64,000 nt of DNA from positions 318,742,001-318,806,000 of the forward strand of contig OZ024741.1 in NCBI GenBank assembly GCA_964016885.1, in the 5' to 3' direction. Position numbers and translations under genes: made by a program. Under the pieces are notes generated by a model, which made no database searches, was not told the DNA's origin, and saw only the letters and a program-made list of their open reading frames with translations. Shown piece by piece: positions 42,261 to 59,640 of the stretch; within the stretch, counting starts at the first letter, position 1, and each line of letters begins with the position of its first letter. Source of the DNA: Eledone cirrhosa (Eukaryota).

Positions 42261-42666
42261 GTCTAGTGATTCCATATAGAGATGGGTTCCCTCGTCCGTT
42301 CTATATTCTACAGTCTAAGCTGTGGTAGCAATAATTTAACAACACACTAGTGACAAAGTAACTGCTAAGAGCTTAATAAGTTGTATGAAGTTGTACTTTA
42401 ATAGAGATAATCTTAACACACACAGAGAGAACAGTGTCCGCAATGAACAAACTGAATATATACAGTGAAGTGTGATGTAGTGTAATCTATGTTCCCGTAC
42501 ATCTATTGTCGACTACAACAACTACTATTACTACTACTACTACTACTACTACTATTACTAGTGCGGTGACAATAAGAGATGACGCGCCCGTGTATACCAA
42601 CTAAATAGGTTGATTGTAAAAGAGACGACACTGTATCGATATGATAAATAGAGCTTGTCAACTTAC

Positions 42667-42815
42667 TCGTCATCCTCCTCGGTTTGCCTGTCCAGCCATC
42701 CGTTGTGAATCATCCTCTCTCCTCAGTGCTAACACTGTGGATAAATCAACTGACAGTACTCCAGAGTGGACGTTTATAAAACGATTCCTTTTGTTTGTCT
42801 TGGTGCAGATGTGAG
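42667..42815 (-). other. Candidate exon (possibly 5'UTR plus start codon)
   Basis: Long pyrimidine tract upstream, acceptor cacaAG, canonical donor GTAAGT; MIHNGWLDRQTEEDD is open to the donor. Confidence 0.35.
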
Positions 42816-43314
42816 CTTGTGTATAATAGTATGATATAATAAAAGACGAGAGAAGAGAAGAGGAGAAGAAGACAGAGAAGAGAAGAAGAAGAAAAAAAAA
42901 GAAAAAAGGCAAGAGGGCTGAGGAATGGTGCTCTCACTTGGTAAGAGAGACGGAGTGTGGTGATGGAAAGACAGCGAGATTTGGGGAGAAATCAGGAGAG
43001 TTTGGGAAAAAGGTGAAAGGTGAACGAAAGCAATGAATGAGAACATACTCAGACGTACAACATGTAAACACGACTCTCTCCAAGAATTTATTCACGCACG
43101 GGAATAAGCAAATAGTCATTGATGAATAGCGATGTCTGTCTTGTTGAATATCCCCGAGAACTACGTAAAGAAAGGATACACGTGTCAGGTCTGTGGAATG
43201 CTCAGTCACCTGCAAGTTAATGTCACGAGCAGGCTGTTGTTGGAATCAACTGAAACAGTCGTCGGAAACGACGGCAGTCCAATACATACATACATACATA
43301 CATACATACATACA

Positions 43315-43348
<34 letters not shown>

Positions 43349-43351
43349 CAT

Positions 43352-43427
<76 letters not shown>

Positions 43428-43614
43428 GTCTGTGAACGACAAGGAATAGAAAAATATTTTTGAATTGAATTTTCATATATGAAGCCTATATAAAGCAGAA
43501 TCGATGTAAATAACCAGTGGAAAATAGACAATGTTTGTTGAAAATATAACGAAATATCTGCATTAAATTGCAGGAATTTTACTTCTGACTCAATCAACGT
43601 TCTTTTTCATCAAG

Positions 43615-43706
<92 letters not shown>

Positions 43707-44189
43707 GTTCAGACAAGTTTACTTTACAATAAGGAAATATTGCTTTTATTGATGTTGGGGGCTTTACATTAAATTACAATGTTCACAAACCCAAGTATAA
43801 ACACAGCATGTATACGATACACAAACACACACAGTGAACAAATATAAGATGTACGTACATATTTATAACATTATTTGTGTGTGTGTGTGTGCGTGTGAGC
43901 GCGAGAGAGAGAAAGAGACTATACTACATATGTTGTACGTACGTGTGTAACTATACTACATATGCGGTGCTTGTATATGTGTGTGTAGCTACACTATATA
44001 TGCAGTGAGTGTGTGTGACTATACGATATATATATATATATAGTATGTATGTGTAACTATACTACATATTTAATGGGTATGTGTCTATACTATGCATGTA
44101 GTGTGTATGTGTGTGTATGTGGGGGGGTGTACTTTAGTATATATTGTGCTCGTGTTTAATTGAAAATTTCATAGAAAAACCGATAGATA

Positions 44190-46330
<2,141 letters not shown>

Positions 46331-46339
46331 ACATACATA

Positions 46340-46547
<208 letters not shown>

Positions 46548-46734
46548 TGTGCGTGTGTGTGTAAATACTACTACTAAATTCATCCGCTTTTATGTGTTGA
46601 CATGATAAAATCTTTCCATCTGACACGATCAAGCATAAGCTACCACAGTTCTTCACCGGAAAGTTCTGTATATTCCTCAATCGCACTCTTTAATGTATAT
46701 GTGTGGCTGTCTGTGTGTGTGTATGTATATATAC

Positions 46735-46832
<98 letters not shown>

Positions 46833-46893
46833 GTGTGTTTGTGTGTATAGATATATGTATATAAATATGTATATGCATATATATATGTGTGCG

Positions 46894-46929
<36 letters not shown>

Positions 46930-47000
46930 CGTGTGTGTGTATATGTGTGTGTGTATACATATAGATACATGCACACATACATACATATATATATATATAC

Positions 47001-47064
<64 letters not shown>

Positions 47065-47066
<2 letters not shown>

Positions 47067-47198
47067 CAAAGGAAATGTGGTAAGGAACCAGGTGGACCAT
47101 AACGCACCAGAGTATTCAATACTTAGGGTAGTAGAGTGGGAAATAGGAAAAAGTATTACCCCGACGGCAGTGCTCAAGCCGTCGGGATCATACTTTTT

Positions 47199-47202
<4 letters not shown>
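47065..47202 (-). mobile_element. HHR family B fold-back element (fold on stem III)
   Basis: Family tail plus taggaaaaagtattaccccgacggc-agtgctcaa-gccgtcgggatcatactttttccta. Confidence 0.85.
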
Positions 47203-47262
<60 letters not shown>

Positions 47263-47300
47263 GATACATGCACACACACAGGGTATGTCATGTATCATTT

Positions 47301-47367
47301 TATTTTATCTGATGAAGACGTACTGTTGAACTTAATTCAGTACCTCTGAAATATGTATAATAAAATA
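47301..47367 (+). ncRNA. Type I hammerhead ribozyme (family D)
   Basis: TATTTTAT-CTGATGA-AGAcGTACTG..CAGTACcTCT-GAAA-TATGTA-TA-ATAAAATA. Confidence 0.85.
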
Positions 47368-47503
47368 TAATTGATCCCAAGAATATCTATTTTGTTAATA
47401 TTTGGAATTAATATTAATAACTCTGGGAAAATTTACTGTAGAGTGCTTCCAATCTATTGTAAAACTCATTCTTTGATGTATTCATTGAATCTTGTTTAAT
47501 TCT

Positions 47504-47603
<100 letters not shown>

Positions 47604-48860
47604 TATATATACACATATATATTGAAGCTAAGCTAGAGAGAATAGGATGGTTGGATGAATGAATGTCTTTATGGAAGAGCTGTGCTGTGCTTCTTCTTCT
47701 ATGCTGCCAAAACAACAACAACAGTAACACCAAAATCCTTGAGAATTCTGCTAATGTATTTATTGATGCTGTTGTAAAGCATGAGGGGGGAGGAGGAGAG
47801 AGAGGAGCGATGGTGTCGCAATGGGGAGACGATAAACCGAAAATAATGACTTCACTTCACTGCAACTTGAGAATTGATAGTTAAAGAAAAATTGATTTCT
47901 TCGTAACACAAAGGATGGGGAAATGTGTGACGTTAGTTTCAAGGGCATTACCCTGTAATAAAATTAAAGTAATATAGTAAGAGTAATAGTAATAGCAATT
48001 GTGTGTGTGTTTGTGTGTGTGTGTTTGTGTGTGAGTGTGAGTGTGTGTGTGTGAGTGTGTGTGTGAAATGGGGTACGACAAACTAAGGCAATCGAATCCG
48101 GGTTGTTTGCTGATTTCCGTTCAACAGGATCAACATTATTAAATACTCATGGACCAGTGGTGTCAATAATGACGACAGTAGCTTTGAACTTATTTCATTT
48201 TTGGGGTCCAAAATGTTTAAATGTCATATATATACCACGGTTACTAGATATATGAATAACCAAGCAAACTAGGAAATTTGCGGTTTGGTAAATTGATAGT
48301 TTGCATAAGAGAAACCCTATAGTTTGTGTTGATTACTGACACGTGAAACTAATTAAAGATACGAATGATATTTTAATAATGTATTTCTAGTATATAATTA
48401 CATGAATGTACTAATAAAGTACAGGATTAAATGCATGAGTAAGTTTGGAGAAATAACTATTTACATAGACAGGTGTAGGGATTAGAAGCCAGGACCTTGT
48501 GATTAGAAATCAAACTTCTTTATTGTAACATGACTGAGATAGGAAATGCATACGTGTGTATGTTTGTGTAAAGTTTAAGAATTACAGACATTGATATAAA
48601 TATATATATATATAAACACACGTGGTGTATTATTATGATTGATAATAGTCTACAGCGCTTCTTCGTGAGAGAGAATAAGACAGTTGTGAAAAAAAATAGA
48701 TAACTATAACAACAAGCAACAACAACAACAAATCGAAAATCCTCTGTGTATGTGTGTGCGCGCGTGTGTGTGTGTTTGTGTGTAAGAGAGACACGGGCAG
48801 ATAAAGAGAATGAGGAACATAACATTGTGTATGTAGTCGTATCGAGTAGCTGTGACAGTA

Positions 48861-49128
<268 letters not shown>

Positions 49129-49283
49129 TGCAATGTTGCCATTGCCATTAATGTTCGTTCTCTGCCGCATCAGAATGAATGACGAAAGTAAAAGAAGGTT
49201 GAATGTATTAAGGGGAGGCAACTCTTAGGTTCAATGAATTCTATTTAAAGTTGAAGATGGTGGGTAACTCGATTAGATATAGT

Positions 49284-49861
49284 CAACCCTTTTAATACCA
49301 ACCTGTCTGAAACTGCCCACTGTTTCTATGATACAAAACTTCCCGTTTTAAAGTAGTCGTCTTCTTCTTCAATTCCTTTTGCTACTTCTGGAATATTGCA
49401 TGATTCCACATGTTAGCATAGTTATGGACCTGCTCCTAGGCCAGGCCCATGTCTGCCAAGTCTTTCTCCACAGATCTCAACCAGGTCTTGACAGGTCTGA
49501 CTTGTTTCCTAAGCCCACCTCCTGTCTTCCATCCGAAGGAGTCCCTCACTGGTCTTTTCGTGAACATCTATAGCACATTACACCGTCGTACGGTGATAGT
49601 ATTCAGAGATTACTCAGCCGGATCCTTTCCATAACCTCCTTCATCATTTGTTATGTGGTCATCCCAAGACATCCTAAGTACTTATAAAAACATTCCAAAA
49701 TAATTTTATTTAAGAAATGTCTGTTAAGTAACACCCCACTTACTAATGAGAAAGTTATATATTTTACTAAATTCCTCCAATATGTTTTATTATTTAAAAA
49801 AATAATAATTAAAACATATTGGCTGGGTATTTTATTAGAAATATGATAACAAAAGGGTTAA
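49284..49861. mobile_element. Possible piggyBac-like MITE with an RTE 3' fragment (about 49360-49680, minus) nested inside
   Basis: tcaaCCCTTTT ... AAAAGGGttaa termini. Confidence 0.4.
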
Positions 49862-49899
49862 GGAGGAAGCAAATAGAGGAATAAGAAAAAATGCAGCAT

Positions 49900-50420
49900 G
49901 AAAAAAACGGACATTTGACTACTGATTCTAGCATGTCGAGAGACCTTTTGGGGGGTGTTGTTGATTTGGTGAATTAATATGTTGGGGTTTTCCTCTGTGT
50001 ACTGAATTGAAAGCCTTAGAGAAGTCAACAAAAAGTAGAGTAGCCTCTATGTCCTTAGCCCTGACTCCTTGAAGGATCCATCGGATCTTGAGGGGTATAC
50101 TTAATATCTCATGGACACAGCATCCTACTAAATAACTGCTCTATAGACCCATCCCTGATATATCTGAAATATTGCGGGAACGAAAAATGCGATTTGCAGG
50201 ACACTGCTGGCGAACGAAGCAAGAATTTGTTAGTGATATTTTGTTTTGGGCACTTAGCCACGGTCAGAGGAAGGTCGGCTGACCGGCTTTAACTTACATC
50301 GACCAACTATGTAGACACAGGATGCTCCCCTAATGACCTCCCAACACTTATGTTTGATGGTAATGGATGGCATGCTAGGTTCATGAATGCCCGAGCAAGC
50401 TCGACCAGATGATGATGATA
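49900..50420. mobile_element. RTE/RTEX-like LINE 3' end (+, (GAT)n tail) with an inverted RT fragment
   Basis: + strand LNISWTQHPTK..LY..ILRERKMRFAGHCWR; - strand ATLLFVDFSKAF. Confidence 0.75.
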
Positions 50421-50767
50421 TATTGGGTTACTGGTAAACGAAGATCCTTGTTATGAATGTTAAGGCAGTTATAACGAAAACAATACATGGTGTGCACGAG
50501 TGTATATAGTGACCATATCTTATGCGGTCTGTTGGTTGTTTTACGACATCAGGTGTTATATAAAATAAAGGCGCATCTTCAAGATCCTTATATAAATGTG
50601 CCCAAGTACGTCGTTGTTTTGGAGGTTTTCTGGGGTTTGAGGAAGCTCAGAAAAACAATTATAGAATTAGTGGTTAGAGTTTTCTCCCTTACATTAAGTG
50701 ACAGTGTCTTATAATTTCTTTTTTTATTTTAATAAACATGTGAGAGTCCCAGACACAGAAAGTAACT

Positions 50768-50890
50768 ATAATTGTTTCTACTTTAGGCACAAGGCCAGCA
50801 ATTACCCAGACCATTACTGGTACTTTATTTTATCGACCCCGTAAGGATGAAAGGCAAAGTTAACCTCGGCAGGATTTGAACTCAGACCGT
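50768..50890 (-). mobile_element. SINE 3' part with TSD aagtaactataat
   Basis: Family core sequence; repeat at 50760-50772 and 50894-50906. Confidence 0.85.
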
Positions 50891-50989
50891 AATAAGTAAC
50901 TATAATAAGAGTTGATCACTATAGATAATAGCTGAGAAAATTGGGTAGATTAACCCTTTCAGAATACAAGCGGCCTAAATTAGATTTCT

Positions 50990-51380
50990 CCGAAGGGTCT
51001 TTGAAGTAATGTTATTCGATAAAGTGCGTAGCTCAGAGATGAGATAGTTACTCCAGGTAGAGCCGCTACTTCTCTGAATTGAGAGATCACAGCTACAATA
51101 CTAGAGGCATGTGGTTAGAAAATCTCAGGAAAAAATCGCTGGACAGATTTTACGCGCAAAACCAACAGGTAGAAGATCCAGGGGTAGACCCCGAGCAAGA
51201 TAGTTGGATAACATCCATGAGCTTGGCTGGTCCTGCTTGGGGATCCAGCCGGATCAGTTGGATACGGTTGCTTCTAACATGACTCGCTGGAGGGAGTGTT
51301 TGAGGACTCTGTTCCCACGACCTTCTAAAGAAGAAGAAGAAGAAGAAGAAGAAGAAGAAGAAGAAGAAGAAGAAGAAGAA
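50990..51380 (+). mobile_element. RTE LINE 3' end with (GAA)n tail
   Basis: FDKVRSSEIR..LQVEPLLL.IERSQLQY; GRRSRGRPRAR.LDNIHELGWSCLGI. Confidence 0.8.
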
Positions 51381-51650
51381 GGCCCTTAGAGACGGGGTAA
51401 AGGGGACAATGGCTTTCGACCGCGTATGTTCAAAACCGTACTATTTAAATCTATGTAAGATGCAGGGGGGGGGGGATCACTGTACTTGAAATCTATTTAT
51501 TGTTATTGCTCTTGCTGTCGTTTAGTCCCACAATAGTTTGGATCAAACAATTCTTTGATCATCGTGTTCCATCCATGACCATCTAATCTTATTTTCAGGC
51601 AATGTATCCACGGTTATATTATCCAATTCTTTTTAGGATGATAACGAATT

Positions 51651-51833
51651 ATAATTGTCTCTACTTTGGGTACAAAGCCAGCAATTATCCCAGTGTATTA
51701 CTGGTACTTTATTTTATCGACCCCGAAAGGCAAAGCTAACCTCGGTGGGATTTGAACTCAGACCGTAAATGGCCGTAACTCTATACTGCAAAGCATGGCG
51801 TCCGACCCTCTACCGATATTGCCAATCCACCGC
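51651..51833 (-). mobile_element. Nin/Deu-domain SINE, full length
   Basis: Family match. Confidence 0.88.
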
Positions 51834-51971
51834 GTAATTAGAATGACAATATTCCTGACATTGCGGGTTTAAATCTACAAAGTTCTGATTCGAAGCAAGC
51901 CACGCCTAGTGATGCGGACGTAACTAATCTTCCCGCCAAAATAAAAAAAATTATAAACACATTCCCTATAA

Positions 51972-52148
51972 TTAATTGTTTCTACTTTTGGCACAAGGCC
52001 AGCAATTATCCAGTGCATTACTGGTACTTTATTTTATCGACCCCGTAAGGATGAAAGGCAAAGTTCACCTCGGCGAGATTTGAAATCAGAATGGCAAGCG
52101 TCAAAGCATGGCGTCCGACCCTCTACCGCTACTGCCAATCCACTGCCC
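51972..52148 (-). mobile_element. Nin/Deu-domain SINE
   Basis: Family match. Confidence 0.88.
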
Positions 52149-52172
52149 TGACTCACACGCATATATATATGT

Positions 52173-52257
<85 letters not shown>

Positions 52258-52260
<3 letters not shown>

Positions 52261-52991
52261 TAAAGTATGTCCATAGAATCATTTGATAAAATATATACAC
52301 CATTTCCTCTCCCAATTAGTATAATTAACCACATAAAAAATCAATTAGACCAGGCTATAAGATTAAAGGCTCCTATGAAGAAATATTTTATAAATAAACC
52401 ACAGCAGCCTCTTCGCGGCCGACCGCAATAGAATATTTACCCAACATTTCAGCAGCATATAGAAATCGACTAAATATACCGTCAACCATACACAATTAGG
52501 TATAGAATTAAAGTTAGAAGAAATGCGTACACTCTTACCATGATTATGTCTCTACCCTCGAGTTTCGTTCGTGTTTTGAGATATCCTATTAAGGATAAAA
52601 TCTCGAGTTTCGAACTCGTCAGGAGACAAACTCATAGGACAGGTAATTTTCCAAAGCGATCCCCGCCAGAAACAGATTCAAAATGGTTAAGAATCGTGAC
52701 GTGGCAGTGGTCAAGTTAGAAAGAATATGATTGGTTGCTTACAGCGAGTAGGCTGGTTGCTAGAAAGCTCAGCCCAATATTGCCCAAATTGCATCTCAAC
52801 CTAATGGGAGATTATTAAATATAAAGATTTACATATACACAAACTAAACAAAGTCACAGATATATATGTGTCAACCATTCACGATGTGGCTCAATGAAGA
52901 ATTAATAAATTAAATAATCAGAGCAATATATCATAAAGTATGTCCATAGAATCATTTGATAAAATATATACACCATTTCCTCTCCCAATTA
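52258..52991 (-). mobile_element. Non-coding HHR element with ~60-bp direct terminal repeats in (TA)n
   Basis: tcataaagtatgtccatagaatc...ctcccaattag at 52258-52319 and 52931-52991. Confidence 0.8.
52547..52628 (-). ncRNA. Hammerhead ribozyme with extended stem II
   Basis: TGTCTC-CTGACGA-GTTCG..GAGAT..ATCCT taat AGGATATCTC..CGAAC-GAAA-CTCGAGGG-TA-GAGACA. Confidence 0.85.
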
Positions 52992-53342
<351 letters not shown>

Positions 53343-53369
53343 ATTAAAGGTGGTTAAAAGAGTTCCAAG

Positions 53370-53440
53370 TATTTTATTATGCGCATTTCAAAAGCAAATA
53401 TCATCATGGGATGATAACTGCGTTCTCATCAGATAAAATA
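53370..53440 (-). ncRNA. Hammerhead ribozyme (inverted pLTR copy)
   Basis: Reverse complement of 55826-55896. Confidence 0.85.
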
Positions 53441-54029
53441 GGGATACATGATATGAAGCTTAAAAAACAGTTGTGAATAGTGAAGTTTTAAATCAACATA
53501 TGAAAAATAATTTAAGATTGATGTATGAGATTGGGAAAAAGTGAGGGGTGGGTGGAAAAGGTAAGGAAGAGGAGGAGGTGAGAGTAAAGAATCGTGGGGG
53601 AGGATTATAAGAAGGAAGGATGAGAGAGGAGGAGAGATGGGTGATAGAGATAGAGAGAGAGATAGCCTTTACAACTGAGAAAAAATATATATTGTCTAAC
53701 AGAGAGAAGTTAAAAAGCCGTTGGAAGATAATAGATAATTTAAAAGAATTTGAAATTAAAAGTTAATGAGGTCTATGCATGAAGAGAAAAAGGAATTAAG
53801 AATAATATTAAATTAAGGTTTGTATATTGAAGGGTTTAATATGTGCGAGGAAAAGAAATTATTAATATGTATTATTAAAATAAAAATATTAATGTTATTA
53901 AGGATATAATGTGAAAAGAAGGAGCAGAATGAATGAGTTATGAATTTAGAGGAATTAGTTAGGGTTTAAATTTGTTTTTATGTAATGTAATATGTGTACG
54001 TAAATAGTTTGTTTAAAAATGAGCGTCAT

Positions 54030-54658
54030 AATAATAGCAGTAGTACTCCCGACGTCATTGTTAACTCTAGGCTAGATTCTGTAAACTCAAATACGACGTC
54101 AAACGTAACTTCGTTGAATGTTCATAATACCAATCTAAATCAGGAAACTATTATTCCTATCGTAAATAACTTCTCCAATCCAATTCCTCCTATAAATAAC
54201 ACTAGGTCACTTGTTAATAACTCTGTTAATTTCTCTAATCGTAATTGTAATTGCCCTGTTAGAACTAAATGTCCTCTCAATAACCATTGTCTTGATAAAA
54301 ACTTAGTCTATGAATGTAAGGTTATAACTGATACCAATTCCTTTACCTATTTCGGTTCCACTTCCACCTCCTTCAAAGATAGATTTTATAATCACAATTC
54401 GTCTTTTAAATACCAACTTAAAAGAACTAACACGGCACTCTCAGAACTCATATGGTCCTTGAAAGACAAAAATATTAACTATAACATCTTTTGGAGAAAA
54501 GTTTGTTCTGCCTCTCCCTATCCAGAACATGTAATCTTTGCCTAGCTGAGAAATTGACCATTATATCTAATTTCAATTCTATAATAAATAGACGCACGGA
54601 TTTATTTTCTCTCTGCTTGCATAAATTCCACAGAACATTCCATAAAGTATACAGCTAA
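54030..54658 (+). pseudogene. GIY-YIG endonuclease domain of a PLE (frameshift near 54520; no RT)
   Basis: CNC..KCPL..HCL..NLVYECKV...YFGST..FKDRFYNH..SF...TALSELIWSLK...W, then CNLCLAEK...NRRTDLFSLCLHK in the shifted frame. Confidence 0.88.
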
Positions 54659-55825
54659 TATCTAATACCTTACTAGTTTAAAATCCTTTTTTCTCAAACG
54701 CTTATATATCTTTTAAAATATACCCATCTTTCTACCTTATTTCAATATTATTTATTATATTATATAATACAAGTTACTCATTCTATATCATTCCTCTTTA
54801 TCACTTTCCTTTCTTCCTCTTTTCTTTTTAATTTCTAACCTCTAATCTGTACTTTTTCTTCCTAACTACTTCTCAATTCTTATTATTACTCACCACAACA
54901 TTATCCATTCTTCCATCTTTCCTCATATCATTGGCCATAAAAATTATTATTTTTTTAATATATTATAGTATTACCTTTAATAGTCCTTCGTAAACATAAA
55001 CATGTTTTTGACGTTAGATTTTTCTTCCTTAAATTTCTTTCATGCTCGTTTGACTTTTACATATTACAATACATAAAAACAAACTTAAACCCTAACTAAT
55101 TTCTTTTAATATATTATATTATTACCATTAGAAAATATTTCGTAAACATATATATTTTTTGATGTTAGATATTTTCTTCCTTAAACATTCTTTTCTTCTT
55201 TGCCTTCTGCGCTCATTTTTAAACAAACTATTTACGTACACATATTACGCACACATATTACATTACATAAAAACAAATTTAAACCCTAACTAATTCCTCT
55301 AAATTCATAACTCATTCATTCTGCTCCTTCTTTTCACATTATATCCTTAATAACATTAATATTTTTATTTTAATAATACATATTAATAATTTCTTTTCCT
55401 CGCACATATTATTAAATCCTTCAATATACAAACCTTAATTTAATATTATTCTTAATTCCTTTTTCTCTTCATGCATAAACCTCATTAACTTTTAATTTCA
55501 AATTCTTTTAAATTATCTATTATCTTCCAACGGCTTTTTAACTTCCAACGGCTTTTTAACTTCTCTCTGTTAGACAATATATATTTTTTTCTCAGTTGTA
55601 AAGGCTATCTTTCTCTCTCTATCACCCATCTCTCCTCCTCTCTCATCCTTCTTTCTTATACTCCTCCCCCACCATTCTTTACTCTCATCTCCTCCTCTTC
55701 CTTGCCTTTTCCAACCCTCCCTCACTTTTTCCAAATCTCATACATCAATCTTAAATTATTTTTCATATGTTGATTTAAAACTTCACTATTCACAACTGTT
55801 TTTTAAGCTTCATATCATGTATCCC

Positions 55826-55896
55826 TATTTTATCTGATGAGAACGCAGATATCATCCCATGATGATATTTGTTTTTGAAATGCGCATAATAAAATA
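55826..55896 (+). ncRNA. Hammerhead ribozyme (pLTR)
   Basis: TATTTTAT-CTGATGA-GAAcGCAGATATCATC ccat GATGATATTTGTTTTT-GAAA-TGCGCA-TA-ATAAAATA. Confidence 0.88.
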
Positions 55897-55980
55897 CTTG
55901 GAACTCTTTTAACCATCTTTTGATCTTATATTATTTATACTCCAGTCCTACAGAGTGCTACTTATCCGATATTTGCATTG

Positions 55981-56091
<111 letters not shown>

Positions 56092-57469
56092 ATATAAAAG
56101 TTCATACACTTAAATGTATGCGTGACCTTAAGTTTCAGGGTCTAGTATAGTGGAATAGTGATTCGAAAATCAGCCTCTTTCGTCAAGCGCAAGGACAAAT
56201 TTAAAGAAAAAAAACATTATTTTACGCTTAATGTTCAAAGTTCGTAAAGAGTTCCACTCACAAAGAAAGGGGGTAATTCACCCAAAATACAGAAAAAATA
56301 TAATTTCACGCAACTATGAGAGGAGTTCGTGTAACTAGAAATGAATAGATGTGTATGCATAATCTGCGCATAAATTAATATGTAAGTTTTTTTAAAGAAA
56401 TCTAAAAAGAAGCCGTTACATTACGGATAAAGTTCATATGTCGTAAAAAGTTCGCCTTTAAAATTACTAAGGGAGCTAATTCTCATTCAGGGATCAGGAA
56501 AAGGGGACGAGGCGTTTATATTCATATCCATATATGAATGTCGTGTAGATAGCTATGAATCGAAATCTATGTATGAACCTTGTGTATAATTTAATTTTGC
56601 AAATCCTCAACCTCTTTTTTAAAATCCTTTTCTAAAAATTAAAACCCAAATACTGAAAAATACGGGGGCCTTCGTGAAGTGCTGTATGTACCGTGTGAAT
56701 GTGCTTGAACATTTGTTATATGCATATTTTCGTGCGTGTATGGATAACAGAAAATCGAGTCTTGGAGGATTTAGCAGATCTGATAAGTGAGCATTTTGAG
56801 AAGTGGGCTTCCAGCTAGATAAGAGTGGCTCTTGAGGTGTAAACATCCTCTAAAATTTCAGTCTTAGAGTTTAGGAACTTGTTTGGTGAGTACCATCCTT
56901 GCAAAATTCTATGGCAGAGTGGCCATCCCATAGTTTCTTTGATGTATGGCGTGGACTGTTCGAGCATCTTCCATGTTATTTTATCCTTTTAAGTGCCAGA
57001 CTCTTCTTGCCATTGCTATGTTGGTTTTCATGTCGGAATGCCTGAACGAAGAAAGGTGCAAGTAGAACTTTTGTTTAAATTGGTCCTGCGCCATACCCAC
57101 ATATTTTTCACTACCTTCTGGCTGATTGGTGTCTCGTGGGCTATGGACTTTACATTACAATTTTGATGTAATAGATAGGCGTCTTTTATCCTGAAAGAAC
57201 ATCCTGCATTTACATCTGGTTTGTTCTTTGTGGTCATTTTAGATTTCATTTACGATGGGCAAGAATAGGATATCCTCACCGAGCGGCGATTGAAGATCTT
57301 ACAGTACCTATGTTGTTGGGTAAATGACTATCAGTACCTTAATCCCTTCCCCAAAAAAACGCATACATGTTAAGTATATGAAATTTAATATAAACTAAAT
57401 ATGCTCTCTTGTACTAGATTGGGAATTTCCTTTCATCTACGGATATATTACATGCACACACGCGCGCAT

Positions 57470-57530
<61 letters not shown>

Positions 57531-58722
57531 AGAACCATAACTTTAAAATTGATTTAAGCAATCGATCATCGATCACCAACTATCCATTTTGGTTAAGTTA
57601 TGGGAGACGCGAATCAACCATCAGAGGAATTACATCAATTAGATATAGTTGCAATAGAGGATATTATACAAAATACCTGTTTATATCTGCCAGGATTCAC
57701 CCTCTATCCCAACGCGAAAATACAGCGTGGTGCAATAACGTTTAACCCCAGGCTACAGATACAAACTAAACTGGACGTCATTTCCGCTAGAAAGACGTGC
57801 GAAATATTAGTTACAGCAGCTCCACAAATAAAGAATTTAGAGCTGTTATATTCAAATTTAATATGATATGAAAATTGAATTAAATAAGTAGATTTCGTCG
57901 TATGTTTGTCTTAAAAAAACAATCTAATAACAGGATATAGAAACCCTAACAACGGAAAAAATGGACATTTCTTTTCCGTTCTGACGGTTTATATGCTTTT
58001 TTATGAGACTATTTCTGTCAAACATACGGCGAAAGCTACTTGTTCAATTCAATTTTCATATTATATATTTTATTTAATTATACGAACATGTATAAAACTG
58101 TGCTCTTTTAAGGCTCAACAGTGTGTCTCCCTCCCTGAAATCTGCGCCCTATGTGGCTGCCAAGATGGCCTTAATAGTAGCGCCGGTCCTGTATACATTA
58201 CATAATACCCACGTATTCAACTAACGCGTTTCAATATGAACACTGAAGGAGCCTTTGCATTAATACCTGCAGATAGCGATAGCATGTATCATACATATTG
58301 CCAACAATGGGATAGAGTTAAAACTGTAAAGTATAGGATTATAAAAAGTAGAATCAACAAGCTTTATACGTATATATATATATATATGTGTGTGTGTGGG
58401 GGGGGGGGGGGTATAATACAGAGACGAAGTTATCGGATAGTACCAAAGATCTCTCTCTCTCGCTTGCTCTCTCTCTCTCTCTCTCTCTACATATATACAT
58501 ATATATATATATATAGATAGATAGATGTATATACATTTATGTGTCTACATATATATATATTGATAGATTTACCTACAAACACACACACACACACACACAC
58601 AAAGATATATATATGTATATATATATAGAGAGAGAGAGAATTAATAAATCTGTACTCCAATGTTACTATGTAGTCGCATTGGATGGAGTCAACCGACGCA
58701 TTTCCATTTCATAAACTTCTTC

Positions 58723-58803
<81 letters not shown>

Positions 58804-59471
58804 CGAGAGGGGGGGACATAGACAGAACGACAGCCTTGCATAGGTATATCCAAACTGCAAATCCGGTAAAAATAATCTTTTTTTTTCTCTACAGAAAAGA
58901 AAAATAAACAATCTTTGTTGTAGATAAAAATCATTTGTAACATTCTGTTGTCTGTGTTCTTTATAGAATATTGGTTTATTCGTAACCTATATTAAGTAAA
59001 GCCGGTGACAGTGATTGGAACGAGGAATAGAATGCTTTGCGGTATTCGTTCCGGCTTTTTGCGCTTTGAGATCAAATGCCGTGAAGATCAACTTTCACGT
59101 TCGTCTTTTTGAGCTCAATAAATAATGTACGAGGTGGTGAACTGGTGGAATTGTTAAAGAGTCAGGCGGAATGCTTTGCGGTGTCTGCTCTGGCTAAAGA
59201 GATTCTTCGTTAAAACCCCGCCCTCCTTCTACCAGGTGTTAGAGTGGTAGAGTGTCAATGATGGAAAGTCTAAGAGCGCGGTTGAGGCACCGCCCAGACT
59301 GGGGTGTAGTGTCTGTACCTCCCTCTCTCCCTTTCTTTCGTTGCTTGATCCTTTTTCGATTTCTTTTTCCCTTCCTTTTTTGTTCTCTTCAATAGAGAAG
59401 ACAGACGTTATCAGGCTGAAGTTGTCATATTACGTAGTTTCTATATAATAAAACCAACGCTATATAGTTAT

Positions 59472-59640
59472 AGGTAAAATTCCGTTATAACGAATACTAT
59501 AATAACGAATTTTTCAATATAACGAATTTTTTTCAATCCCCGGCCACACTCTAGATGTGTTAGGTCGATCTCATTATAAAGCATTTTTGTTACAACGATT
59601 TTTTATACTCCATGAATTTCCTTATAACGGAATTTCACTG
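59472..59640. mobile_element. pogo/Tigger-like MITE
   Basis: gtaaaattccgttataa / ttataacggaatttcactg-TA with internal ataacgaa repeats. Confidence 0.7.

Noticed and set aside
56150-57400. Possible DNA-transposon remnant (ORFs 56619-56846, 57028-57249)
   Set aside because: No TIRs or catalytic motifs that I could recognise
58215-58300. Minus GAAA-CGCG-TT preceded by AATATG..CATATT
   Set aside because: No CTGANGA half found; may be a decayed HHR but unsupported
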